Notes: a model not told the origin generated them from the sequence alone. 64,000 nucleotides of DNA from Candidatus Levybacteria bacterium RIFCSPLOWO2_12_FULL_41_12 (GCA_001784155.1 MFPL01000007.1:10101-74100), one strand, 5' to 3'; positions 30,035 to 40,505 are shown, numbered from the stretch's first letter. Made by a program: numbers and translations.

Positions 30035-31606
30035 ATGGAAAAACAGCAAAATAAAAAGGTGGTAGTTATTTGTCTTGATGGTGCCAACTGGGATATTCTT
30101 AAACCTTGGGCAGAAAAAGGTTGGCTTCCTAATATTAATAGATTTTTAGAAAAAGGGACTTCAACTAACTTAATTACCACGCTTCCTCCCGTAACAGGGC
30201 CAGCATGGGTATCATTTGCGACAGGAAAAAATCCGGGCGCACATGGGTGTTACAACTTTGCAATTCCTACAGATAGCCTGCTAAACGTCGATCCTATAAG
30301 TACAGAAAAAATAAAAGGGAAAACGTTTTACGAAATACTGGAAAACGATGGAAAGAAGAGCATTCTTATAAACATGCCTTGTTCCTTCCCTCCAAGAATA
30401 AAAAAAGGAATTGTCCTTCCAAGTTTTCTTGCAGCTGACTCTTCGGATGTGTATCCCAGAAATATCGTTAACAAAGTACCAGAGATTAAAAATTATAGAG
30501 TGGTTACGGATTTTCTCAAACAAAGAATTGGGAAAGGGGAAGCTATGGCCAAAGATGCAAGGGAGCTTGAAGGAGACAAATTCCTAATTGCAAAAAAATT
30601 ATTTCTGAATTTTGAATGGGATTTTTTCTTTGTAATGTTTATGGCAACGGATTGGATCCAGCATAAGCGTTATAAATATTTGCTTTCCGGGAAGGATAAG
30701 AAGTCATCGGTATTTGTGCAGGCATATATTGATTTAGATAACTATATTGGATGGTTTTTAGACAATATTTCAAAAGACACAACTCTTATTCTAATTTCCG
30801 ACCATGGCTTTAAGTCTGTTTCCACATACTTTCATATAAATGTATGGTTGAGAGAAAATAGTTACCTTAAACAAAAACTTCCAAGGTTGCGTTTAAACTC
30901 ATCAATACCACTCACCCCGGACAGGATCATAAAGGGCGGGGGAAGAGTAAAGGGACTCTTTCCCAATATGGTACGCACTGGTTCTACGATTCTTATTAAT
31001 CATAATTCTTTATATCTCTTATCAGGGCATTTTGCACGGTTGATAACAAAATATATCCCGGTTGCCAAAAAAATTATACCATCTGAGTTTCTTAACGTAG
31101 GATATGAGATTGATCCACAAAATTCGGTAGCATACAGCATTTCGGGGGGAAACGTAACCGGAATTTATATAAATGACAAGGTAAGGTTTAAGGACGGACT
31201 GGTTTCAGAAGAAGAATACAATAATATTAGAAATGAAATAATTAAAAGTATGAAAAGCGCTCGTGATACAAATGGCAAAAAGATATTTAAGAATGTTTAT
31301 AAAAAAGAGAATATCTACTCCGGAGACCATCTTTTAATGGCGCCAGATATTCTTTATGAGGAAAGCGAGCACATTATCATAACAACCGTTTTATCAAGTA
31401 TAAAGTCAATCGAGAAAACTCCTGATGGCGGCTGGCACGATAGGAAAGGCATATTTGCTGCATATGGAGATAAAATTATTAGAGGTAAAACAATAAAGGA
31501 TATTTCAGTTTTAGATTTCGCGCCGACTATTCTGCATCTGTTTGGGAAAAACATTCCTCTCGATATGGAGGGAAGAATTCTCTTTGAGATATTTAAAAAT
31601 AAATGA
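30035..31606 (+). CDS. Alkaline-phosphatase superfamily protein (type I phosphodiesterase/NPP-like)
   Basis: VICLDGA, TTLPPVTGPAWVSFATGKNPGAHG, TDWIQH, LISDHGF, GWHDRKGIF, DFAPTILHL..MEGR. Confidence 0.87.
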   Translation: MEKQQNKKVVVICLDGANWDILKPWAEKGWLPNINRFLEKGTSTNLITTLPPVTGPAWVSFATGKNPGAHGCYNFAIPTDSLLNVDPISTEKIKGKTFYEILENDGKKSILINMPCSFPPRIKKGIVLPSFLAADSSDVYPRNIVNKVPEIKNYRVVTDFLKQRIGKGEAMAKDARELEGDKFLIAKKLFLNFEWDFFFVMFMATDWIQHKRYKYLLSGKDKKSSVFVQAYIDLDNYIGWFLDNISKDTTLILISDHGFKSVSTYFHINVWLRENSYLKQKLPRLRLNSSIPLTPDRIIKGGGRVKGLFPNMVRTGSTILINHNSLYLLSGHFARLITKYIPVAKKIIPSEFLNVGYEIDPQNSVAYSISGGNVTGIYINDKVRFKDGLVSEEEYNNIRNEIIKSMKSARDTNGKKIFKNVYKKENIYSGDHLLMAPDILYEESEHIIITTVLSSIKSIEKTPDGGWHDRKGIFAAYGDKIIRGKTIKDISVLDFAPTILHLFGKNIPLDMEGRILFEIFKNK

Positions 31607-32481
31607 GAGACAACAGAAGGATTTTTTTATTTGACGTAAATCATACTCTTATAAATACAGCCTTATATCATACGCAAGCACTTGAAGTTCTCGAGAAAGG
31701 TTTAAAAAAACATACCGATGCTAAATCTGCTAGTTATATCACTGAAAGGTATGATGAGATATTCCTTCTAATGGTTGCTGGTTTCCTGCTCAAAACCGAT
31801 AAAGAATGGAAGGAAATTAGAGGTGGTAGGACTTCGTATCTTGAGCTTATGAAATTAATTACCAAGCATCAGGAAGAAGTGAAAAATAAGTGGGGATTTA
31901 TTAAAAAGTGGAGTAGGGAGGTTTTTCTTAAGATCGCGGCAGAAGAAATTGATGTAGACATTACCCCCCAAGCATTGTTTGAGCTAGGAACAGTTTACTG
32001 GGATACCATAACCCGATTAACAGAGCCCCTTGAGGAAGGCAAAAAACTTCTATCGCATCTGTATTCAAAAGGTTACCCTGTATATTTGTTAACAAGTAGC
32101 GATGGCAGGCTTACGTCAAACAACGGTTTTTTCGAGTATGATCCTAAGCTGTCCGGAAGTTATAAGAAAAATAGAATGAAGGCGCTTTCACTTAAGGGGC
32201 TAAAATTCCGGGATGTTATAGTAGGTGATCCCGAAGATAAGCCATTGCCTGGATACTATGAGCGTGCTATAAAAACCATAGAGAAGGATATGAAAAAAAA
32301 GATACATATTTCCTCATTTGTTATGATCGGTAACTCTTTTGAGGATGATCTCGAAACCCTTATGGAGATGAATGTTGGCACAGGTGTACTTTTCAAGAAG
32401 GGGTCAAGTCCTATGAAAAAAAAGAACGATATTTACAGAGTTGGGAACTTAATGGAAGTTGTAGACTTATTGAGTCTATAG
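31603..32481 (+). CDS. HAD-superfamily hydrolase (atypical motifs)
   Basis: FLFDVNHTL (motif I, DxN), LLTSS (II), EDKP (III), MIGNSFEDD (IV). Confidence 0.65.
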   Translation: MRDNRRIFLFDVNHTLINTALYHTQALEVLEKGLKKHTDAKSASYITERYDEIFLLMVAGFLLKTDKEWKEIRGGRTSYLELMKLITKHQEEVKNKWGFIKKWSREVFLKIAAEEIDVDITPQALFELGTVYWDTITRLTEPLEEGKKLLSHLYSKGYPVYLLTSSDGRLTSNNGFFEYDPKLSGSYKKNRMKALSLKGLKFRDVIVGDPEDKPLPGYYERAIKTIEKDMKKKIHISSFVMIGNSFEDDLETLMEMNVGTGVLFKKGSSPMKKKNDIYRVGNLMEVVDLLSL

Positions 32482-32530
32482 CTTTGATGTTGAAATTTTT
32501 TCATAAAGTATATATAGTTTCGAGTATAAA

Positions 32531-33220
32531 TTGAAAATAATAAAACACACCGATCTTGCAGAAAAAATAAATGAAAGCGAGAATGTGCTTAGAAAAGCAT
32601 ATGAGAAGTACGGAGATAGGATAGCAATTTTCTGGACGGGTGGAAAAGACTCTACTGTATTACTACATATGATAAGGAATATCTTTGGAAATAAAAATAA
32701 GCTAAAAGTTCTCTTTTTGGACACACAACTTGATTTTGATGAAGTTTACGAGTTTATAGAAAGGATCAAAAAAGAGTGGAGAATAAATTTAATTACGGAA
32801 AAAACTACAGATAAGATGATGAAAAAATATAACTCTTTGAAAACGAAAAAGGAGAGGGTAGAGCTGGCAAGTATTTTTAAAATAATTCTTCTTAAGGAAG
32901 CCGTAAAAAAGCAGAAACTACCAGCTCTAGCAATAGGGATAAGGTGGGATGAGCATCCCGAACGCGCTTCGGAGAAATACTTCTCTCCCAGAGAAGGCCA
33001 TGTGAGGGTTCATCCGCTCCTTCATTTTACAGAAGAAGATATCTGGAAATACATAAAAAAGTTCCGTCTTCCTTATATTTCTTTATATGATAAAGGATAC
33101 AGGTCTTTGGGAGAGAGAGAATTCACGAAGCCCTCAACTAGAAGTGGAGGAGAAAGGTCTGGAAGGCAAAAAGAAAGAGAAGTAATAATGAAGAGATTAA
33201 GAGACCTTGGTTATTTCTAA
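32531..33220 (+). CDS. PAPS-reductase/CysD family PP-loop adenylyltransferase (CysD-like)
   Basis: TGGKDSTVL, LDT, GIRWDEHPERASEKYFSPR, RVHPLLHFTEEDIWKY, YRSLG, ERSGR...GYF C-terminus as in CysD; lacks the ECGLH Cys of CysH. Confidence 0.78.
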   Translation: MKIIKHTDLAEKINESENVLRKAYEKYGDRIAIFWTGGKDSTVLLHMIRNIFGNKNKLKVLFLDTQLDFDEVYEFIERIKKEWRINLITEKTTDKMMKKYNSLKTKKERVELASIFKIILLKEAVKKQKLPALAIGIRWDEHPERASEKYFSPREGHVRVHPLLHFTEEDIWKYIKKFRLPYISLYDKGYRSLGEREFTKPSTRSGGERSGRQKEREVIMKRLRDLGYF

Positions 33221-34900
33221 GTGAGATATTTTATTTTCAGAAATTGGATTTATCTTCTGGTAATTTTTTTTACTACTTTATCCGTTTTTATCGATCTTCC
33301 CAAAACATTTTATCAGCAGGATGAATGGCAAACATTAGGCCATAATCTTGCTGGACCGTCAGGCTCAGCTCTTGGAGACATTAACCTGGTTCGGATCTTT
33401 TTTGGCGAAGGACGTCCCTTAAGTACGGTAATGTATTCCCTATTCTTAGGATATTTCAAATTTACCGTTTTTCCCTCGGCAATATTTGCGATTACCTTTC
33501 AAGCCCTAAACTCAATGCTTGTCTTTGTCCTGGTGAGCAAAATAACTAAGAATAAGCTCATTGCACTTCTTTCCGCATCATTTCTTATAGTAAATAGCGT
33601 CTCACATCAAGCAGTGACATGGGTTTCGGCGAATAGCACTTTACCCGCCGCGACGCTAATTCTAATTTCTCTTATAACTTATTTTAATTACTTAGATAAA
33701 AAAGAGAGGAAGTATTTCTATGTTAGCATTATCTCAGCCATTCTTTCGCTTTACTTCAAGGGTATTGGGCTATTCCTTTTTGTTCTCCTCCCACTATTAC
33801 CCTTCATTTATCAAAATAAATCCTTCACTAAGAAAAACTTATTGTTTATTTTGAAGGACAATCTGATGTTCCTCGTGTTTGGTTTTTTAATGTTTGCTGT
33901 TAGATTTATTTCAACCTTTTTTCGCACAGAAGAGGTTGCAGGTTATGCAAGCGGGGGGGGAAGTGGTTCTTTCATTTACGCAGTTTTCTTGCGAACAATT
34001 CTATATCCGCTAACTTCACTTTTTCAAATTTTTGTTCCGCCTCTGGATTTATATTCGATAACCCCTGCCATAACAAAGATGCAATATAAGTTCTTAGTAG
34101 GTTCTCCATTGGTTGATTTGGTAGCGCAAAGTATAGTAGCAGACATGATAGCTATCATGGGTTCAATATTGATTCTATTCTTTTCAATCTTAATGGTGCA
34201 TAGGTCTAAGGATAAAATTATTAGTAGGAATGTCCGGTTTGCAATTGTTTTTTTCTTCTTAAGCTTTCTGCCTTATGTTGCGCTCGATCGAGATAGTTCA
34301 TATCTTTCATCGCGGTATTTCTATGTAGGACTGATTCCTGCAGGTATTCTTTTTGGATATGCAGTTTATTTCTTTACCACATTTAATAAATATATTAAGT
34401 GGGTCACACTATTTTTGGTAACTGTTTATTTATTTCATCATGCGGCTATCGTAAGATCGGACATTAATCATCAAGTCAAGCTGGGAAATGAGCGCGTATC
34501 CGTCTTGAATGGGATCAAAACTCTTTATCCTAATCCTTCAGAGAATACAATCTTTTACGTGACAAGCGATAAAGCTTACTATGGTGAAGTGACAAATCCT
34601 TTTCAAAACGGGTTGGGATATGTTCTAGAAGCTTGGTATTACGATACAGGGAAAATTCCGAAAGAGTTCTTATCTGAAAATTTCCTGTGGGATTTGGGTG
34701 ATGAGGGGTATAAGAGAAGTAGGAATAAGGGATTTGGGTATTATCAGGATATTGATAAAATGATAAAGGATATGGAGAAGAATAATATAAAATCCGAAGA
34801 TGTTTGGGCGTACTTTATTAAAAGTAAAGAGTCAGAAATAGTTGATATAACTTTGGAAACAAGAGAAAGAATCTCTACGGTAAGCGCTATTCCTAAATGA
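33221..34900 (+). CDS. Polytopic GT-C-like membrane glycosyltransferase
   Basis: FYQQDEW, GRPLS, HQAVTW, SRYFY; about 11-12 TM segments plus soluble C-terminal domain. Confidence 0.72.
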   Translation: MRYFIFRNWIYLLVIFFTTLSVFIDLPKTFYQQDEWQTLGHNLAGPSGSALGDINLVRIFFGEGRPLSTVMYSLFLGYFKFTVFPSAIFAITFQALNSMLVFVLVSKITKNKLIALLSASFLIVNSVSHQAVTWVSANSTLPAATLILISLITYFNYLDKKERKYFYVSIISAILSLYFKGIGLFLFVLLPLLPFIYQNKSFTKKNLLFILKDNLMFLVFGFLMFAVRFISTFFRTEEVAGYASGGGSGSFIYAVFLRTILYPLTSLFQIFVPPLDLYSITPAITKMQYKFLVGSPLVDLVAQSIVADMIAIMGSILILFFSILMVHRSKDKIISRNVRFAIVFFFLSFLPYVALDRDSSYLSSRYFYVGLIPAGILFGYAVYFFTTFNKYIKWVTLFLVTVYLFHHAAIVRSDINHQVKLGNERVSVLNGIKTLYPNPSENTIFYVTSDKAYYGEVTNPFQNGLGYVLEAWYYDTGKIPKEFLSENFLWDLGDEGYKRSRNKGFGYYQDIDKMIKDMEKNNIKSEDVWAYFIKSKESEIVDITLETRERISTVSAIPK

Positions 34901-37900
34901 ATTTTTTAAGAAAACACTGGGAAATATTGATCATCCTTTTTCTGGGTTTGACACCTCTTCTTTGGTATAAGGATCCAAATTCTCTTGCCTTAGGTCACGA
35001 TATGGGATTTCCAATCGATCCAATATCTTTCTTCAAAGACAGGACATTTTTGTGGACTGACCGCGTAGGACTTGGATGGGATCAGACTTTAGGTTCTGCA
35101 GCGATTCTAATACATGGATTTGAGGCAGCCGTAGCGAGCCTTGGTGTACCCATTTTCCTCGTTCAAAAGGTAGTGTTTATTTTCTGGTTCGTTCTGCCCG
35201 GTCTTGCGATGTATTATTTTGTTTCCACCATTCATAGGGAAAAAGATCAATGGTTTATAAGGTTAGCCGGAAGCCTATTTTACATGTTTAATCATTTTTT
35301 ACTTCAAGCCTGGTTCATAGCAGAAAGAACAAAAATATCTCTATTCATTGCTCTTCCAATTCTTCTAGCTTTAACCATTAGCATGATAGAGGGGAGAATC
35401 TCAAAAATTAAAGGTCTGGCGTTAATGTCTTTAGTTTTTTTCTTCTTCAACGGAGGGGGAGGATTACCCCTATATGGGGGACTACTTTTAACTCTCTTTA
35501 CTGCCTTTGCATTTTTTGGCCTTATACATTTAAGAAGAAACCCCAAAACAGGAGTAAAAAGACTAACAGGAATTGCTTTGGGAATTTTAGCAAGCTTTAT
35601 TCTTGCAAATTTCTATTGGGTTTTGCCATTGTTAGTAAGCGTTTTGTCATCTTATGGTCAAAGCTTGTCATCAATAGGTGGGATATCAGGAGTTATCGCT
35701 TGGTCATTTGAAATTAGCAAGTTCGCAAGCATATTGAATGTAATGAGGCTTCAGGGAATCCCTGATTGGTATGATAATCCCAGCCATCCATTTTCTGGCC
35801 TTTTCTTAAATAACCCATTTCTGATTTTGGTAAGCTTTCTTATACCGGTTGTTGTTTTCTCTTCGTTATTCCTGATTAAGAAAATCCCAGAGTACCGAAG
35901 ACATATAATCTTTTTTAACATACTGGCAGTTTTAGGAATAATCTTTACTGCAGGATCACATCCTCCTTTTGGAGCAATCTATAATTTATTCTTAACCTTT
36001 ATTCCCGGATTCGCTATATTTAGAACCCCTTTTTATAAATTTGCTCCGGCTGTTTGGTTTGCATACGCGTATCTTTTTGCTTTTTCTTTTTATTATTTAA
36101 CTCAAAACTTCAAAAGAATAAGGTCAGCTTTACGATTCTTGGTATTGCCGTTAATCCTTATTTACAGTTTTCCCTTTTTTACCGGAAGTTTTTTTAACTG
36201 GAAAGAACCGTTTTCCACAATGACAAATTTACCATCGTATGTGTTAGATTTTTCCGAATATGCTAATTCAAATTTCTCTTTTAACGATAGAGTTTTAACC
36301 TTTCCTAACCAGAATCTGGGATGGAATAGCGCAATTTATAAATGGGGATATTGGAGTACTGCACCAATCGAGAGCCTCTTGACGAACAAATCGATAGTCT
36401 CAAACGATAGGGTTATGACAGATCCAGAAAAAAAACTCACAGAATTGATATATGACTCGATTTTGAACCGAACAGACGAGTGGAAAAAATCAGTAAACAT
36501 TTTGGGCATAAACTATTTTCTCTTACATAACGATTTTTATTATGATGCACCAAAATTCGAAACAGAAGACCCTAGGGTGTATAGAGAAAGATTTTTAGAA
36601 CTGGGCTTTGAAAAAAAAGAAGTTTTTGGAGAGTGGGAGCTTTATAAAATTCCGGGCCTTAGTCTCAAAAGTAAATTATATATTGATAACGATGCAATTG
36701 GCATATATAACAATGAAAATGTTTTAGAAAATCAATATTTTGGCATAGAAAATGTTCTTGATTTGCCCTTAGACGATGACCCGTTTGTTATAAATTCTCC
36801 AGATACATCAGATAATTTAAAAACTACAATTTTTTTAGAAAATTGTTTGTTCTGCGATAAGGAACAAAAAGAAACACCCATTTTTCTACCAAGAACAAGA
36901 ATTCTTCCAGGCTCTATTCTTTACCCTTTAGTTAAACGTAAAGAAAATAGTCAAAGAAATAAATTAACGAAAAATATTAACTCTAAATTAGATTTTCACC
37001 TTGGGACAACTCTCAAGAGACTGGCTGAAATTAAACATTTGATTGATCTGGGTGCGGATGAGAATAAAACAAACGGTGCTGTTAATGAGCTAAAAAAGGA
37101 ATTGATACTCCTGCAAGATTCAGTTAACAAAATGGATAAGAGCAGAGGAGACATGAGGCTTCTAGTACTAAGAATAGATAATTTCTTAAGAGAGGAGAAT
37201 AGAATCCTAGCTGATATTTCCAACGACGCAAATGCCTCTACGGGAGATAAATTAATAGACGTTAGATCGTTTATATCCCTAGCAACCCAAGAAAACAGGA
37301 AATATGAATCTTTATATCCGGAAAATACTGAAAAACGTTATCACTTCACAATAGATAAAAAAGGAGGTTATGAAATTCTTGTCAGAAAAGATGAATTTAA
37401 GCCGGATTTAGTAGTTGAAAAGGCAGTAGTTGATAATAAAGGACTTCCGTTAAAAACTTTTAATAAAAACAGCCACTATTATTCATTCGGAGTGAACGTT
37501 TTTAGTAAGGGCTTTCATGAAATAAGTCTATTCTTAAAAAATCCGGATAACTTACTTAGTAAAGGAAATGATGATGATTTAAACTTCGATGTTAATCCTC
37601 TACAGCCGGATTGCAGAGTGTTTAGAATAGAACCCCTTTCCAGTAGAATTTACATTCTTAACTTTGATTACTTAACGGAAAGATCCGTAGGAGCTGATAA
37701 TGGACCATTTGTTAAAATAGAACAAGTACTTCAAGACGATGTAAGGGATGAGGATTTTCAACTTAAGGCAAATAGCATCTTTCAAACATTTGATTATAAA
37801 ATAGCAACTGAGAAAAACGTTCAGTTGGTTAAGGTTTCTATATGTGCTTCTTCAGGTTATGAAAATTCTTCAAATATTCATATTGAAAATTTATCCCTCA

Positions 37901-38271
37901 GACCATTCCAGACGCCTGCGCTAGCTCTTATATCTTCAGACAACAAACCGACAATAAATGATAACAAAATCTCGGTAACGCAAATAAACCCAACAAAATA
38001 TGAAGTAAGAGTAAATGCAAATAGTCCTTATATTCTTGTACTTAATAACAAATTTAACTCTAATTGGAAAACTTCGGATAAAGATGTGAATACCAAGCAT
38101 TTTATGGTAAATGGTTTTGCTAATGCTTGGAATATTTCCAAAACGGGCGAATACACGTTAATTGTCGAATATAGCTCGCAGAAGTATTTTTATTTCGGTT
38201 GGTTCATAACGATAGCATTTATGATAACAATGTTTACTTATCTAATCTATGCAATTTATAAACATAAATAG
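34897..38271 (+). CDS. Large GT-C-like membrane protein (AftD/YfhO-like) with long extracytoplasmic region
   Basis: GHDMGFP, FRTPFYKF, about 12 TM, ~600-aa soluble region, C-terminal LVLNNKFNSNW..HFMVNGFANAW plus final TM. Confidence 0.68.
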   Translation: MNFLRKHWEILIILFLGLTPLLWYKDPNSLALGHDMGFPIDPISFFKDRTFLWTDRVGLGWDQTLGSAAILIHGFEAAVASLGVPIFLVQKVVFIFWFVLPGLAMYYFVSTIHREKDQWFIRLAGSLFYMFNHFLLQAWFIAERTKISLFIALPILLALTISMIEGRISKIKGLALMSLVFFFFNGGGGLPLYGGLLLTLFTAFAFFGLIHLRRNPKTGVKRLTGIALGILASFILANFYWVLPLLVSVLSSYGQSLSSIGGISGVIAWSFEISKFASILNVMRLQGIPDWYDNPSHPFSGLFLNNPFLILVSFLIPVVVFSSLFLIKKIPEYRRHIIFFNILAVLGIIFTAGSHPPFGAIYNLFLTFIPGFAIFRTPFYKFAPAVWFAYAYLFAFSFYYLTQNFKRIRSALRFLVLPLILIYSFPFFTGSFFNWKEPFSTMTNLPSYVLDFSEYANSNFSFNDRVLTFPNQNLGWNSAIYKWGYWSTAPIESLLTNKSIVSNDRVMTDPEKKLTELIYDSILNRTDEWKKSVNILGINYFLLHNDFYYDAPKFETEDPRVYRERFLELGFEKKEVFGEWELYKIPGLSLKSKLYIDNDAIGIYNNENVLENQYFGIENVLDLPLDDDPFVINSPDTSDNLKTTIFLENCLFCDKEQKETPIFLPRTRILPGSILYPLVKRKENSQRNKLTKNINSKLDFHLGTTLKRLAEIKHLIDLGADENKTNGAVNELKKELILLQDSVNKMDKSRGDMRLLVLRIDNFLREENRILADISNDANASTGDKLIDVRSFISLATQENRKYESLYPENTEKRYHFTIDKKGGYEILVRKDEFKPDLVVEKAVVDNKGLPLKTFNKNSHYYSFGVNVFSKGFHEISLFLKNPDNLLSKGNDDDLNFDVNPLQPDCRVFRIEPLSSRIYILNFDYLTERSVGADNGPFVKIEQVLQDDVRDEDFQLKANSIFQTFDYKIATEKNVQLVKVSICASSGYENSSNIHIENLSLRPFQTPALALISSDNKPTINDNKISVTQINPTKYEVRVNANSPYILVLNNKFNSNWKTSDKDVNTKHFMVNGFANAWNISKTGEYTLIVEYSSQKYFYFGWFITIAFMITMFTYLIYAIYKHK

Positions 38272-38599
38272 GATAAAAGAATACTTTTATAAAAGACAAA
38301 ATAGAATTTTGGTAATTCTATCATTAAGCGTGCTATTTTTAGTAGTTAAGGAAATACCATTCTTAAATATTTTTTTTCCCGATAACGCTGCTTTTGGAGT
38401 TGCGCTCATTTCCATTTTAATTTTATTTAAACTTTATAAAAATACAATCTTCATCATTTTTTTAGCATTTTTCAGCTTTATTCTATATATAACAGAAGTA
38501 GTTAACCATGCAGATCAGCTAGCAGTTCTAATATTAGTATGTTTAACGGTGTATATGCTAGAAGAGGCTACAGTTTTTTTAAGAAATGAAATTTCCTAG
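38249..38599 (+). CDS. Small integral membrane protein (about 4 TM), unknown function
   Basis: 116-aa hydrophobic ORF overlapping both neighbours in operon fashion. Confidence 0.65.
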   Translation: MQFININRIKEYFYKRQNRILVILSLSVLFLVVKEIPFLNIFFPDNAAFGVALISILILFKLYKNTIFIIFLAFFSFILYITEVVNHADQLAVLILVCLTVYMLEEATVFLRNEIS

Positions 38600-40505
38600 A
38601 AAATTAGAATATATACTTTTATTCTTTTTTGCTTTTCTCATTTACAGATTTTTCCTATCAACAGATCCTTTAGTTGCAAACGACTGGCCGCTTCTTTTTA
38701 GAGAGTCTAGAACCTTTTCGCCGTTCTGGGCGATGGCGTGGGACTATATGGGGAACGGCGGTATCGGCGGGCCGGCATTTAAAACAATCTGGATCGATCT
38801 TTACGCCAATTTTGTCTATTCGATAACAAACTTTACAAACATGCCCTGGTGGTTATCTCAAAGAGTTTTCTGGATAGTGCCTTTTATCTCTCTATCTCTT
38901 GCCTCTTCTTATGTGTTTGCCTCCTATCTCTTAAGAGACCGATTGCTTAAAATTGCTTCAGTTTTAATTTATAGCTTCAACACCTATATCCTCATGATTT
39001 TGGGTGGGGGACAATTTGGCGTAGCCTTTTCTTACGCATTGGCTCCTTTGGCTTTGTTTGCTTTTTTTAAACTTTTAGATAGACCAACGGTACTGAATGT
39101 TCTCGTTTCAGGACTGGCTTCAGGAATACTTATAGCTTTGGATCCAAGAGTTGCGTCTCTTATCTTTCTTGTCGGATTTTTCTGGTTCGTCTTTTTTGGC
39201 AGAAAATTTACCAAGGTAAAAATAAAAGCCGTTGTTTCGAGCCTTATAATAGTTGGCGCTTTAAACCTTTACTGGATTTTGCCAATCTTAATGTCGAAGG
39301 GGTCTTTATCGGGATTCTCAAATTACGCGTCATTAGCAGGGGTGAAGTTTCTTAGCTTTGCTACGCTTTCGGATAGCATTTCACTTCTTCACCCTAACTG
39401 GCCTGAAAACATTTTTGGTAAAATATATTTTTTTAAGCCTGAATTTCTGATTCTACCGATTCTTGCCTTTGCCACCCTTCTTTTAAAACCTAAGAAGGAA
39501 ATACTTTTTTTTCTCGGACTATCCATCTTCTCCGTTTTTTTAGCAAAAGGAGCAAGTGATCCCTTTGGCCAAGCTTACCTATTCCTTTTCGATAACGTTC
39601 CCGGCTTTAGTCTATTTAGAGACTCGACTAAATTCTATGTTTTAACTGCGCTTTCCTTCAGCATTTTAATTCCTTATTTCATTGAGAACTTACCTTCCAG
39701 GTTTAAGCATTTGACTGCAGGAGTCTTTATAGTTCTTTTTTTGTTCATTCTAAGGCCTGCATGGAGTGGAGAGCTTACCGGTATTTTTAGGCCTCAACCA
39801 ATACCCACGGATTATCTTCTTTTAAAAACCGAGCTAAGTCAGGATAAAGATTTTTACAGAATTATGTGGCTTCCCCAAAGACAGAAGTATGGATACTTCG
39901 ATCCCAATCATCCTACAATATCCGCGCAGGATTTTTTCAAAACAACCAATCATTCTCAAATTCTTAAGAATTTGAGAATGAAGGATGTACAAAAATTACT
40001 TGAAGAATCTTCGGTCAAATACATTATTGTTCCTACGGATTCAAACGGAGAGATTTTTCTTAAGGATAGAAAATACGATCCGCTGCAATATAAGAAAACC
40101 GTTGATTTTTTAGATAAAATGGTCTGGTTTAAGAGGGCTCAGGGATTTGGTAATTTAGCAGTTTATCAAACGAGAGGCTACAGAGGTCACTTCTTTATTC
40201 CATCCGGCGGAGAAGTACAGGGGAAATTCATAAATCCTACGGAATATAGCATCAGAACCGATACCTTACAGCCGGGAGATTTAGTTGTTTTCTCGGAAGC
40301 CTATGACCAGGGGTGGAAAATGGGCGGGGTTACTGCCACGCCTTACAAATCAAGACTTAACAGTTTTTTTGTGCAAGATATTGAAGATATTAAAGTATTC
40401 TATAGCCCGCAGTTATGGGTGGGGAGGGGGCTTCTTTTAAGCTTTGCTACGGCAGTTGGTGTTGTTAGCCTCATGGTATTTGGTAGATTACGCCGAAAAT
40501 GGTAA
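38586..40505 (+). CDS. GT-C-like membrane protein (AftD/YfhO-like), shorter relative of 34897
   Basis: LVANDWP, YSFNTY, FRDSTKF, VFSEAYDQGW, C-terminal TM. Confidence 0.68.
   Translation: MKFPRKLEYILLFFFAFLIYRFFLSTDPLVANDWPLLFRESRTFSPFWAMAWDYMGNGGIGGPAFKTIWIDLYANFVYSITNFTNMPWWLSQRVFWIVPFISLSLASSYVFASYLLRDRLLKIASVLIYSFNTYILMILGGGQFGVAFSYALAPLALFAFFKLLDRPTVLNVLVSGLASGILIALDPRVASLIFLVGFFWFVFFGRKFTKVKIKAVVSSLIIVGALNLYWILPILMSKGSLSGFSNYASLAGVKFLSFATLSDSISLLHPNWPENIFGKIYFFKPEFLILPILAFATLLLKPKKEILFFLGLSIFSVFLAKGASDPFGQAYLFLFDNVPGFSLFRDSTKFYVLTALSFSILIPYFIENLPSRFKHLTAGVFIVLFLFILRPAWSGELTGIFRPQPIPTDYLLLKTELSQDKDFYRIMWLPQRQKYGYFDPNHPTISAQDFFKTTNHSQILKNLRMKDVQKLLEESSVKYIIVPTDSNGEIFLKDRKYDPLQYKKTVDFLDKMVWFKRAQGFGNLAVYQTRGYRGHFFIPSGGEVQGKFINPTEYSIRTDTLQPGDLVVFSEAYDQGWKMGGVTATPYKSRLNSFFVQDIEDIKVFYSPQLWVGRGLLLSFATAVGVVSLMVFGRLRRKW

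Noticed and set aside
32531-33220. DndC / phosphorothioation or CysH assimilatory reductase
   Set aside because: Too short for DndC, no other dnd genes, and no Cys residues for CysH chemistry; the C-terminus fits CysD better.
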